Shown here: positions 24,101-37,074 of the stretch, one piece after another
Layout: each line of letters begins with the position of its first letter
Numbering within the stretch: position 1 is the stretch's first letter
Source of the DNA: Utricularia gibba
Lineage: Eukaryota; Plantae; Magnoliophyta
NCBI GenBank assembly: GCA_002189035.1
Contig: NEEC01000013.1
Coordinates: forward strand, 2,232,001-2,296,000
Direction of reading: 5' to 3'
Length of the DNA stretch: 64,000 nt
Made by a program: the position numbers and the translations under genes
The notes under the pieces: generated by a model
The model's input: only the letters and a program-made list of their open reading frames with translations
The model's database searches: none
What the model was told of the DNA's origin: nothing

Positions 24101-27100
24101 GTAGTGCTTCATCCTAAGGCATAAACAAGCATTATTGTACACTCTAATATGAGTCAATATTATGACCATTGAATGAAAGAAAGAACCTGGGGCATGTGAA
24201 TTGTCACTTTATTGGGAAAAAGTTTGGAGAGAAGCTTAGATGCTTTGGTAACATCTTTTGTTCTATCATGTAACCTCCCAAAACTATCCTGATGCCATCA
24301 ATGCAAGAGCACGTAAGAAACAGAACAAACCAAAAAAGAAGTACATGAAAAAAGAACCTCCCAAAACTATCCTGATGCCATCATTAAAAAATGTCTTAAC
24401 AAAAAGTGGCTATTGTTTAATGGAAATACAGTCATGAGAAAGTGGCTACTGTGTAAGACAACGCTGTTGGGAAAGAACATAAATAAGACGAAACAGAAAG
24501 CAGAACACATTTATGACACCAAATAAAGCAAATCGATACAGCAGATATCACAGTGATACGAGGGATTTATCATCAAACGCTTACTGGAAATGCCAAATCA
24601 AACAAGGTGGTCTGGTTGGCACCAAATTTTGTGAAAAGCAAACCACCTGGATGAGACTGCAACAACAGAAAATATCATATGCAGATCTTTCAATCAGGTC
24701 ATTACATTGCATGCAATGTTCATAACGCACTAATGATCAACGAAACTACATATTCCAGGGTTAACAAATGATGATGGATACTTCCCATAACAATAAATAC
24801 GGGGTTCATCTTTATGGATTATACTAAATTTAGTGTTCTATAGTAGACTGCTCGAAAATGAGACCAAAACCTGTCATATTATAGCAAAGAAGAATAATTT
24901 GCATAATAAATAATGATTCAAGTATGCATATCATAAAGACTTCACCTTCTCCTTGCGGTTGTCACTTTGAGTGTGTGAACCAATAATAACAACATTATTG
25001 GGAAGCTTCTCCAGCTTCATCTTAAATAATGTGTATGTTTCTGAATTTCCAGCCATGGACTTTTCAGCATCTTTCATAAACAATATGAAAGGGAAATCTC
25101 GACTTGCATCGAACACAACCTAGTAATTTAGAGTGGAAAGATTAGAATATGGCAGACACAAGCTTCATAAAGCATCTGGTCATATCCTAGTTACCTGGAA
25201 CATAGTGTTAATCAATAACTTGTCTAGATCTTCCAAACCTGAAGCATCCACACGAAGCTCAGAGGCTGGAAAAAAAAAAAAAACAGATTGAAACCATAAC
25301 AAAGTTAGCACTCCAAACAGAAGAAATGGATAAAATTCATGTTGGGTTCATGTATCACCATTGCAGAAGAATCCATATCCACTATCACAGAGCCCCCCAA
25401 AATCAACACCATCTTGCATGGATTTATCAAATCTGACGCCAATTTTGGATGAAGGATTGTCTTCAAAAGGCAGAAGAACCTTCCCTCGCATTCCAGGAGT
25501 TGGACCCCTATAGGTCAAGATGAAATGGAAGGTAAATAACAATCATAGTAGTGCATGAACAAGTAGATATCTTTTTCTGGATAGACTTATAATAACTCCA
25601 AATGAAAAGAGTAGATAGTTTATTTATTCTATACAAATAACGACAGAACACCCAATCTTTGCTCAGAAGATAAACTTGAAGGCAAAACCCATGTATGAAT
25701 ATCAGAATAGTTACCCCAGCTGGTCTAGGCCATTAAATAACTGTTACCTAGAAGAACTTGAATACAGTCCACCAGAAGCTGCCCCAACAAATTTAACTCG
25801 ATCACCTATAATTTCCAGTCACAAAACATAAAGATGAAAAACAAAGGCTTATGTGTAAACAACATACACACCCTGTCAATACGAATATTTGAGAAACATA
25901 GAGAGAAGAATGAATACCAATTCTGAATGAACGGTTTTTAGCAGTGCCCACAGAGGAAATGCTGTCAATTTCCATCTTATTGTGGGATTCCATGCAGAGA
26001 GGGACACTCACAGAACAAGAGGTATCTGCTGCACCAGATGCAAGCCCAGCATCCTTTGCAACACTTGTGGAACCCTGAACCTGTTTACTGGTTTCAGATA
26101 CTTTTTCTTGAATGTTTCTGTCTCTGAGAAGCTCAGAATCCTTACAGGAACCCTGATACACGAAAATAACGAAGCAATTATGATCTATCCTAGGATATGA
26201 TGTCCATTATACTGTTCCAAATCCACCAATTCGGCTATGACTAAAAATCCACCTGAATTATGCAAGAAAGGTCTGTATCATGACATAATCATGCCACAAA
26301 ACAGCTTAAGGCGAGAAAAAGTTCAGACCAAGAAAAATGCTGGACAGGTAAGGCATAACTTGGAATATACGTAAAATATTTACTTTTAAACTCATACATA
26401 CATACATACATAAATATGTGTGTGTGTGTGTGTGTGTGTTTCTGCACAGAGAAACGAGTAAATTCCACAACTAGCATTATATAAGCTTACTGCCATAAAT
26501 GAATGGCTGTCAAAGATGAGCAACTTGGCTCCAAAATGATTAGCAAGTGCCTTCGCCAACATCTCCTGGTAGATATCGGACCCTGAAAAGTAGAGGGACA
26601 TCTTCAGGTCATTAAAAGTCAACACAGGGCTAAAAGCAAACACAGAAGACCTGAATACCTGCAGGGCCAGATAGCAAGATTCTCGGATTTAAGGTTGGAA
26701 GCTCGGATGCATATTTTACTTTCTCCATGTGCCTCAACTGTATCAACGAAGCAGCAATTAGCACATTTTTTGTGCTATCACTGCATGTTAAACAGTAGTT
26801 AGCGATAATTTCCCTATAAAAAGCACACAAGATTTGTACATTCCAATCATGTTTACTGACAGTAGAGAGCAAACCTTAAGTAATATGGAAAATTATCGAA
26901 TGAAACATCAATGTCCCGCCCATCTAAAATTGCAGCATGTATTTCCTCTGTAAATGTTGAAGCCCTGATAGAAGAAGTCCCCGACCCCAGAGAAGAAGCG
27001 GGATCATGCCAGTCTCTTTCCTCCTGTACAGAAAAGAACTCTCATCAATCTCTAAGCCGGCAGCCATAGGATGATCGAGCGTGATATACACCTACTACGC

Positions 27101-29029
27101 ACAACAATTGTTCTCCAAGCTTTGCAATAAGAAATGCATTCAATAAATGATGCACCATGCATGTTTAACAAAAAAAATGCTGCAAATCCCTTAAGATTCA
27201 TTGCATACAAACTTTCACTAGCTTCAACTCTACTTTAGCAAGAGTGGCGAGAGAGAAACTTTTCTAGGAGCCCAGAAGAATTAATCGTTATATCCCAATA
27301 CAGAATTCCATGCTCACCACATAGATGTGGTTAGTACACTGTCAGGATCATAATGATTTTACCGGCGCTCTTACCTCTAAGCCACCTTCTAAATTTACAT
27401 CAAGATGGAGGATTTCACTAGAAGTCACTGCATCGGTGGGTGTTTCACTCCCTAGGTTTGTGGCAGAATTAGCCTCCTGGATATCTAGCTCGTCTTCATT
27501 AGGAGGAGGAGAGGAAGGCTGCTCACTTCCTTGATAATTTTTTTCAATGGCCTGTGATGTAGGCTTAAGATGTGATAAATCCTGATTGGAAAGGGAAGCG
27601 AGAATTGAAGCACCAGCAACAGCTGATGCATCCCCTCCTCGTCTATGAACTTGAACAAGTTTTCCTACATTAGATCGAAGATCTGATGCAGAAGTCTTGA
27701 CGACACCATCATAAGGCAGTTGCTGGAATATCTGGACAAATAAATCAGGTTAAGACATTAAAAATAAAAAAAAAGAGTGTCATAAATTATATATAAAAAT
27801 GAATTCTATGGTTAATCAGATACATACATATGCATGGGTTCCCAGAAAGCCAAAAACCAATTCATCCCCAGAATTAAGGTCACAAACAGAATTTCTTTTA
27901 ATCGTTTTTCCGTTCACTTGCACGCATCCCTTGCTACCACGACATTCCAGGACTGCAACAGCTTTACCTTCACGCTGATTATTCTCACAAAACAAACAGA
28001 CAGCTCGAGTGTTAGATCAACGGCATATACAAGAAAGAGTATCATTAAAAAGATACTCCGTTAACCATTCACATGCAAACACTAGATATCAAATTTTTGG
28101 AAGCAAACCACGATAAACTACCTGTAAGAGCCTTATGAAACATGAGAATGCACTAATGGTCTGATCTCGAATAGAAAGATTAGCATTTTTGCTTGATCCC
28201 ACCAAGAAACTGGTCGTGAACACTGGAACAGAGTTGTTCTGCAAGTGCATAAATTACGTATAACTCTTAATAAAATTACACCAAAACCGTCTCTAATGCA
28301 AACAATATATTTAGGTAATAACTATGCATACTCCTGAAGCCTCTGAATTCACTTAATATTATACATAATCACCTGAGGGAATTCCGTAAGTAGCCTACAC
28401 CAAGGGGATTTTGTTTCATAACCCTGTTGATGCTTCCAAGAGTTGAAGGAGCTTCTAGGCTTACCCAAAATTGCAGCCACACCCCCTAAATTTAAAATTC
28501 GGATCAAGTTTAACAGTTTCCACATGAAACAGCTGAACATATGGTCACTTAAAATCCTGCCAGATGCAAAGCACGTAATCTAAAAAGAAAAAACCTTCTG
28601 AGAGCAACGCGTTGGCAACAGACACGGAAGGCGCGGAAGCTGGCGTTGTTGTATCAGCTGTAGCCGGAGTAGACGTAACAGGAAGATCCAGTTGATCATT
28701 CGAGCTTGTTTCCTTGGGATTCTCCGTCGGAGGAGACGCCGGAGCCTTTGCGTTATCACTGTTGACATTGGACGTGGAGCTCTCACCCTACCCAAAATAA
28801 AAACAAAAAACCTTGGTAAAACAATCAATCCCAGAAACCCTAAAACCACAACAGCATCGGCCGAAAACCAAATCTTCCGTCTCCTTGACATAGAAAAAAA
28901 AAGAAAAGAAAAAGCGAGAATATAGAGGCATGCCTTCTGACGCTTGGGAGACGAGGGCTTATTAGCCGGCGAAGGAGATCTCTTGGAATTCGTGGACGCC
29001 ACAGATCCGCTCCGCCTCGTCGACACCAT
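21115..29029 (-). CDS. Large plant AAA+ ATPase (MSP1/ATAD1-like C-terminal AAA domain, N-terminal FHA-like region), many exons
   Basis: MVSTRRSG start, [62 protein letters not shown], Walker [16 protein letters not shown] and the end [15 protein letters not shown]. Confidence 0.92.
26417..26438 (+). repeat. (TG)11 intronic microsatellite
   Basis: Direct reading. Confidence 0.9.
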
Positions 29030-29915
29030 TTCACTGTCAAAAAATGGCGATTCTTTTTTTTTTTTTCTGGAGAGAGAGGAGTGGGGAGAAATGCAGAATG
29101 CACACACACAACCCCTTTAAAAGAAAAGGGGAGAATCGCGTGGGTGAAAATGCGAATAACCATATTTTATAGGGAGGAAAGTACAATTATGGGATTAATA
29201 TTAGTCAATCGATCAAATGATACGGGAGGAGGTCGACCCCCCCACCAGATGACGCTCGTGCTTATTTTGGGTGCACCCCCGAGATCACGTGCGGGTCAAC
29301 GCAAAATAATTCCTACCTTCATCCTGCCAAAAACCCAAATAAAACCGCATATGGTTCTCATGAAATTTACTAAATAATTTTTTTTCATATTTTATAAAAT
29401 ATATACTTAATATGAGAATAATATTATTTTACAAAAAAAATATCATCCTAAGTAAATTATTCTTTTCTTATGTTATGAGTTGTTACTTTTGGGCTCATTG
29501 AGGCTTCTTAGGTTCAGCATGGGATTCAAGGCGCTTGATGAATTTGCTGGGAAATCGAACAATCGAGCATGTTAACCAGCCCATCAGCCCAATTTTTCAC
29601 ACAATCAAAGTACACTGATCATTTTTGGAATACCCCATGCAGATTCCGCCTTGAATTCAATTATTAATGACCTGCAGCACTAGTTTTCATTAAAAGCAAT
29701 AAGGTACATCATTGATGGTTACTTCATGAAGAATAATACCATCTGAGCAAATCAAATAGGATGCAAAATTGGGTGACAAGTTCTGTGTTTCTCGAACAAG
29801 TAGTTGTGGTGTGTGCATACTGCATAGAAAGCCATTAAACATGCCTGAGAGATGGTGTTCTGAGTGCTGATGGCGGCTTTGGTGGTCATGTACATGACGG
29901 AAGATATCAGGGGGG

Positions 29916-32620
29916 TTAATCTGCATCTTCTTGGTCCTCCCTACTGATCCTTCTTCTCGTGGATTTTGGCTTCTTGCTTCTGCTCTTTCCATTCTCCGAC
30001 TTCTTCCGTTTTGCGGGTGCTGTTTCTCGTTCAGCTGATTTGGCGTCTGGAGCTGAAACTGCAGCTTCTGTTGGCTGCTTGGCTGATGAGAGAAACACAG
30101 TTAGCCGTCCTGAAGTTCGCCTGATTATGTTTGAAAAGACTTTTAAGACAGAAGTGGAATACTTTGAAAATGGGAATCGAAGACAACACTGGTGAGATGC
30201 TGCTTCAGGAAAACCTGCAAAAAGAGCAGCGGCTCTGTTAATAAGATGGAAAGAATATACAGCAGAGCATAGGACGGGTCCAGGATATCCTTTGTTCCCC
30301 ATATGGTAATGGAGTACAGGAAGGTAGTGTGATTCATAACAGGACCCTACATCTGAAAGGAGTTGCCGGGATTTCACGTTCCAGATGCGCAAGTAGCAAT
30401 CAAGCCCTGACAGAAAATCATGCCTCTAGAATCAATAAAAGACAGATTATTTGATGCCAGAAGACAACCACATTTTAAATTTAAGACAGCGGATGCCGGT
30501 ACAGGCCAAAGCTTACCACAGGAAGCAATTACTGGAAGTTGCGGATGCCTAGCTATGGACCTTATACTTCCAGAACACTTCCCGATGAAGCATCCTAAGA
30601 GTTTTCCTGCAGTTTCACCAGGGGAGGGTGGAATACCGCATCAAACAACAGAAGGCATCACACGATGAAGTGGACTAAAGAAGAGGATTTATTGACTTAG
30701 TAGCGAAAATATGATACCTGTGCGCATGTCAATGGAAGCAAGGTCACCTGATGCATTCGCTACATACACAGCATGTCCATCGGTGTCTGCATCAACAGCC
30801 TTGATGGGAGTCTCTCTAAAATCAACTGAAATGACAGGCCTTCTTTGAGAAGAAATATCATAGAGACGGACCTGTGAGAGAAATGATATGTTCATTAAAG
30901 CTATCCCAATTGCCATGACAATGGATCAGAAACAGTCCATTCAAAGAAAATTTAAACATTTTTTTAATTTTACATCACATCACTTCAGAAACAAGAGATT
31001 GGGAACTTTCAAGTCACAAAAACACTAGAAAAAAATTTTAAAAAAATGTATACACAAAAACACAAAACATTGCCTCTCTTGAAATGAAAATAAAGGGGCC
31101 CATCAAAAAATGGTGGTCAAAATTAAATGATTCATGTGCACGAATTAAAAATAACATTGTTACCTGATGAGAACCAGTGCCAGCAACAACCTTTCGATGG
31201 TCATCTTTGCAAAGGAACGATAGAGAAGTGAAGAAAGCTGGAGAGAATATGCCAAGGCTGTTCACAGGCGGCTATGCAAATGGCAATATGCAAATCAGGC
31301 GCGTGAACTATACATCCATTCAGAATATAAAAGAAAAGTAAGGCACTAACAGATTTGGCAGCCCAAATTTTTTTATCCTCCTGGAGATCCCATGCATTAA
31401 CTTCAACACGCTTCCTGAGTGTCATAACAATGATGCAAATGATTCACCTACTGCTAATGTTACAGAACACTAGCATTTACATGAACAATTATGATCAAAC
31501 TAACCCTCCATAGACGGCATAATTTTCATTTTCATGCACTTTAGAACATAATATGTTGCCTTGATCACACACATTTTTCTTTGCATGAGAAGTGCGATCT
31601 CCCTCAGGATCAAGAGACATCGAAACTGCAAGCCCTTTTGTGGTGCATGCATGTAATTTGAGCGTCCTAGAAAAGGTTTAAAAAACACACTTTACAAAAT
31701 GTTCTGCACCATCATCAAGAAGAAGAAATAAGGCTGTCATCTAGTTGCTTCGTGCCTTCCATCGGCAAGGTACTAAAAGTTTCCAACATTCAGATGGAAA
31801 GTCCGAAGGAAAAGAATTTCATGGGTTACAGAAGATTGAAGCAATCAGAATTAGGAGCAATGAGCATAAACGCTGGTGGGGTGAACAGTACCTGGTATTT
31901 GACTGATGCTTTCTGAACAAGTGCAACCCAATTACAATATCATCTGAAGATGTTGACTCGGCTGCAAATAAACTTGGAATGGAAGCATAAAGATTCCCAT
32001 TGATAGCACTGATAACTTCAATCTGTTAACGCATTCTAATTAGCCATACTGCTTCCCGTACCAGATATCAGCAACTCAAACGCAAAAAGAGAACTTACTG
32101 AACCGCATTTACGCGCAACACCAAGCAACTGGACCATTATGCATCAACATGCATGGCAAACAATAAAGAGTCAAATGAAAATAAGAGATTACAATCACTA
32201 GAAAAACACTATGATGTCAGATTTTGAAGAGAAGTATCAGCATTTCGGTCATCTTTCATAAGTATCAACACAAATTACTAATAGAATATTATGCAGAAGC
32301 AGCAAAGTAGTAATCAGGAAAAGATTAACAAACAGGGTCTGTTTCTCGGTCGAGAATGGAAGTTGCAAGGACACACTTGGATGCATCCGGTTCTCCCCAC
32401 CTCTCCACCACCTTCGCAGCACCTCCATCCTGACCACCATTGGCCTGAACAACTGTTTCAGGCATTCAGACAAACAAAAAACTCTAAAACAAATGATCAA
32501 ACAGCTAAAACTCGGTGAAATGCTAAACTCTCTATTACCTTTGACGAGGCCAAGAGAATCGGTGGTCAGCACACGAAGCGGAGGGCACCCAGGGCTCTCC
32601 ACAGTAGTTGTCCGAGGCAT
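29916..32620 (-). CDS. WDR74: WD40-repeat ribosome biogenesis factor, WDR74/Nsa1 homolog
   Basis: MPRTTTVESPGCPPLRVLTTDSLGLVK start, VRLYDISSQRRPVISVDFRETPIKAV, LRIWNVKSRQLLS, VFLKQHLTSVVFDS and a Lys-rich tail. Confidence 0.88.
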
Positions 32621-32634
32621 ATTTCCCCAAAGCA

Positions 32635-32839
32635 AAACCCTAGTCCAAGCTGAGGAAAGAAAAAGATGTAGAACTCAATCGATTTTCCCAATGGGCCTTT
32701 TTGGGCCATATTTGAAGTCCATATCCAATGCATCACGCCTTAATATAAGTACAAGCCCAACATTTTATTTCATCATTATTATGGGCTTGTCGTGAAGGCC
32801 CAATAATACGCCGATGAAGCCCATTCATGACAAAGCCCA
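32635..32839. promoter_or_regulatory. Telo-box plus seven site II motifs in the divergent WDR74/PEAMT promoter
   Basis: AAACCCTA at about 32635. TGGGCY/RGCCCA at 32692, 32702, 32754, 32782, 32797, 32818 and 32834. Confidence 0.7.
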
Positions 32840-33043
32840 GCAACCAAAAGCTAGCCCTGTACTGTCCTGCCATGCCAGGCGTGGTCACATGGCGGCTGCT
32901 GTTTTTATGCACGTTTCTGCAGTCAGGTGTCCCACATTTGCTACCCTGAAGCAGCCTTCTATCGATACTTTAGACCCGTTTCCTTTCTTTGATCGTCTAT
33001 CTGTTTTCGGTAAGTATGCCGCTTCTTCAGTAACCGCACTGCA

Positions 33044-33121
33044 ATGCAGCAAAAGGGGAGGTCCTGCAACCGAAGGTCTAGGACATTTTCTAGATCTCGC
33101 TTAGCGGTGGAGGGCTGTTGA
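33044..33121 (+). CDS. Conserved-peptide upstream ORF of PEAMT (25 aa)
   Basis: MQQKGRSCNRRSRTFSRSRLAVEGC*, matching the XIPOTL1/PEAMT CPuORF (RSRSFSRSRLAVEG-type). It ends 104 nt before the main ATG and falls below the ORF-track length cutoff. Confidence 0.92.
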   Translation: MQQKGRSCNRRSRTFSRSRLAVEGC

Positions 33122-33225
33122 GTTTTCTTGTGTAAGTTTAGAACTTGATCTTAGCAGTTCTCTTTTACATCTCCACTGGGGTAGTCAACCTGCATTCGTC
33201 CACGGTTTTGCTTCTGCATGTGATT

Positions 33226-36111
33226 ATGGCTGAGCTTCAAGGTAATCGTGTTTCTTAGTGTAATGGAGTATTTTTGCCGCGGTTGGTTAGTGACATGCTG
33301 ATCTTTTGGCTTGAGTTTTGTATATCAAGAGCGTGAGGCACAAAAAACTTACTGGCTTGAGCACTCTGGGAATCTGACAATTGAAGACATGATGCTTGAT
33401 TCCAAGGCATCTGATCTCGACAGAGAAGAAAGGCCTGAAGTATAGCCCTGTTTGTTTCTTCCACGAAACATGCTTAGCTTGACGGTTTTCTCGTGATTTT
33501 GTCACCGCCATATCGAGAAAAGACGTTATTTTTACTCCTAATGCTATCTTTCCTATAGTGGCTCCCAGATGGTTTTTGAAGTTTCCTAGTACATTATGAT
33601 GATTCAGATGTAGCATTTTCCAAATCTTTTGTTCCATATGCACCTGGTCGTTGCATATGGTATATTATTGCGATGGTTGTGAAAGTAAGTTGAGTTCTTT
33701 GTTTAACTCCATTCTTTTTCTAAAGGTGTTGTCTATGCTTCCTCCATACGAAGGAAAGTCCATTCTGGAATTGGGTGCCGGGATTGGCCGTTTTACTGGT
33801 GAAATAGCTAAAAAGGCTGGCCAAGTTGTAGCACTGGATTTCATAGAAAGTGTGATAAAAAAGGTACATTTTCTAAGTGGGCACAATTATCCAATGTATC
33901 TAAAACTTTTCTTAATGTTGGCCTTTTTTGTAGAATGAGAATATCAATGGGCATCATAAGAATATCATGTTTATGTGTGCTGATGTGGCTTCTCCAGACT
34001 TGGATTTTCCTGACCAGTCTTTTGACTTGATATTTTCAAATTGGCTTTTGATGTATCTCTCAGACGAAGAGGTGAAATTTCTCATCATTTACCTTGTCAA
34101 TGTTTTTTACTCTGGCAAAATGTCGGATTGATGTATCTCTTCATTTTCAGGTTGAGAATCTTGCCCAGAAAATGCTCAAGTGGCTGAAAGTTGGTGGTCA
34201 CATATTCTTTAGAGAATCATGTTTCCATCAATCTGGGGACCACAAAAGAAAAAACAACCCTACTCACTATCGTGAACCACGATACTATACCAAGGTTTCT
34301 TTCATGAAAAAGAGAAATTTTTTGATGATTTTAGAGTTTTGATAATCACATTGTGGTGTTTTCTCATGCTCATTGTCTGTATAAGTAACCAATAAAACCT
34401 AGTAGTTAGATCCGAAGAACCATGTATTTGTACCTGCTATATTTAGCTGAGGCTAGTAACTCTATGGACCCCTCATGAAATTTTTTTTTTCTGTGGCAGG
34501 TTTTTAAAGAAAGTTACCTGTGTGATGAATCTGGAAATTCCCATGAGCTTGCTGTTATTGGCTGCAAATGCATTGGTGCTTATGTGAGGAACAAAAAAAA
34601 CCAGAACCAGGTGATGTGCCTGCATTTCTTTATAATCTTATTCCATGCCATCAAGGCATCTCGTGGATTGTCCTTTTCTGGAGTTGGATGCTGATAATTA
34701 AGTTAAGCACAGTGTGCTTCTTCTTAGTCTGCATATTCTGTTCACCACTACTATTTAAAACTCCTTTTAATCATTATGTTCTAGAATTAACATACTCCTG
34801 TAGTCATATAGCTTTCTTGGCTTGCAGATATGCTGGATTTTGCAAAAGATTATGTCTGATGATGATCGTGGGTTCCAGAAGTTCCTGGATAACGTCCAGT
34901 ATAAATTCAACGGCATACTTCGCTACGAGCGTGTCTTTGGCCATGGATTTGTGAGTACAGGCGGGATAGGTATGACTTTGTTGCAGAAATAAAGGAGTTG
35001 TGTGCTATGTGCACAGCAGGATGACTGCAGTCTTCCTTTGTTATTGCAATTCTTTCAGAAGTGTGGCAATGATATACATACACCATGCGTATATTTGTGT
35101 CAATAAACAGATACAACTCGAGAGTTTGTGGCAAAACTTGATCTAAAACCTGGGCAGAAAGTCCTGGATGTTGGTTGTGGAATTGGAGGAGGCGACTTTT
35201 ACATGGCTGACAAATATGATGTCCATGTTGTGGGCATCGATCTTTCAATCAACATGGTTTCCTTTGCTCTTGAGCGTGCAATAGGTCTCAAATGCGCTGT
35301 AGAGTTTGAAGTTGCAGACTGTACAAAGAAGGAATACCCTCCTGGCACATTTGATGTGATCTACAGCAGGGACACCATTCTTCACATTCATGTGCGTTTT
35401 AAGAAGCTTTCTCTGTCACCCCATGTATCTGAATCTTGAATCCTCCTAGTTTTTCCTTCTCCCTTGTGCGCTTCTACAGGATAAACCATCACTATTCAAG
35501 TCATTCTATAACTGGCTGAAGCCTGGAGGGAAGCTTCTGATAAGTGACTACTGCAAGAGCGCTGGAACTCCATCCCCTGAGTTTGCTGATTATATCAAGC
35601 AGAGGGATATGATCTGCATGATGTGGAAGCCTATGGCCAGGTAGCTGTTCTTTCAGCAGCACAGCCCACATTCACCATGATCACCAGCCCTGATGTGCTG
35701 TGACATGTCTTTCTGTTTAAAGATGCTCAGAGATGCAGGCTTCAATAAGGTCACTGCTGAGGACCGAACGGATCAGGTAAAGTGGAGTTCTACATTTTTG
35801 AAACTATGATTCCATCAAACAAGAAAAGAGGTAACTGGATAAACATGCATTCTTCCATCCACAGTTCATTAACGTTCTCAAAAGGGAACTCGAGGCAGTT
35901 GAGAAGAACAAGGAAAAATTCATTCAAGACTTCTCCAAGGTGCGCCCGTTTGCCCATTTTTCCCATCATTCCAAGAACACATACTCATCATACTCGCTGC
36001 CCTGATTAACGACAGGAAGACTACGCGGAAATCATCGGAGGTTGGGAAGCCAAGCTGTCAAGGAGCTCCGCAGGTGAGCAGAAATGGGGTCTCTTCATTG
36101 CCAAGAAGTGA
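33226..36111 (+). CDS. PEAMT: Phosphoethanolamine N-methyltransferase (two SAM-methyltransferase domains), 12 exons
   Basis: [56 protein letters not shown] and the end WGLFIAKK*. The frame is intact across the exons. Confidence 0.97.
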
Positions 36112-37039
36112 TCTTTTCTTTCCTACCACTCCTAGGATCCTCATCTGGTCTGTGTCTTGTGTTGTGGAATGTAATAAGCGGCTTCCCCAGTCGCCATGTC
36201 CCCGCATGACATTCCTCCCCTTCTTCGTCCACGCCCCACTCGTGTCCAAGACATTGAAAGGTGACCCCAGTTAACGCCTGTGTTCTTTGATGCCATGGAT
36301 ATCGCACTTGGAACTTAGAAGGTCCACTTTCTTGAAAAAAAATCCCATTTAACATTACAAAAAGAATTTTTAAAAATATTAAAATAATTAATTTTTGCCA
36401 ATTCATTTTTATCCTACTCTTAGAAATTAAATAAAAACTTTATTTTTTTGTCATCAATTTTCTATAATAAAAATATAAAATTTAAGTAACATATACCTCA
36501 TACCGTTTATTTATTATTCATAACATTTAATAAATAAAATGAGAAGAGAGTTGAATGAGAAGGCATGAAGGGAATAAAGAGCAGGTTTTGACTCATGGTG
36601 TGAAAGGAGGGTGAATTCCTTGGTGTGTTGTCCTTTTTTTTACCTTTTTGACTGTGTAGTAAAAAAAGAAAAAAACCTTGTAATTAATGATTATAAACAA
36701 AAAGTATCTGTGCCCAGAATCATGGACCATCCCTCTCATTGCCTTTTGAATGGACCACCTCATCAACACATCATCTACCCTAATTTTCTAATCTCCCACT
36801 TTAAAAAAAATTGAAAAATTAATTATGTGTAATTCTTATCATGGTAATTGAAAATTAAACCATTCTGGTATAGTAGATCTAAGTTTATGTTTGATTTCCT
36901 TTTTCGAAGATTATTTTTTAGAAAATAATGTAAATTTATACTTAGTAATAAGATTGATTTTTCAAACATATGAATTATTCTGCATAGAAATTAAATTATC
37001 TTTTTTTCTTAAATTCTTATATTTTATATTTAATTGAAA

Positions 37040-37074
37040 GGGGGCCGGGGCGGGGGGGGGGGGGGGGGGGGGGG
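37040..37074 (+). repeat. Poly-G tract (G5 CC G4 C G23)
   Basis: Direct reading; it sits in an otherwise AT-rich spacer. Confidence 0.85.
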
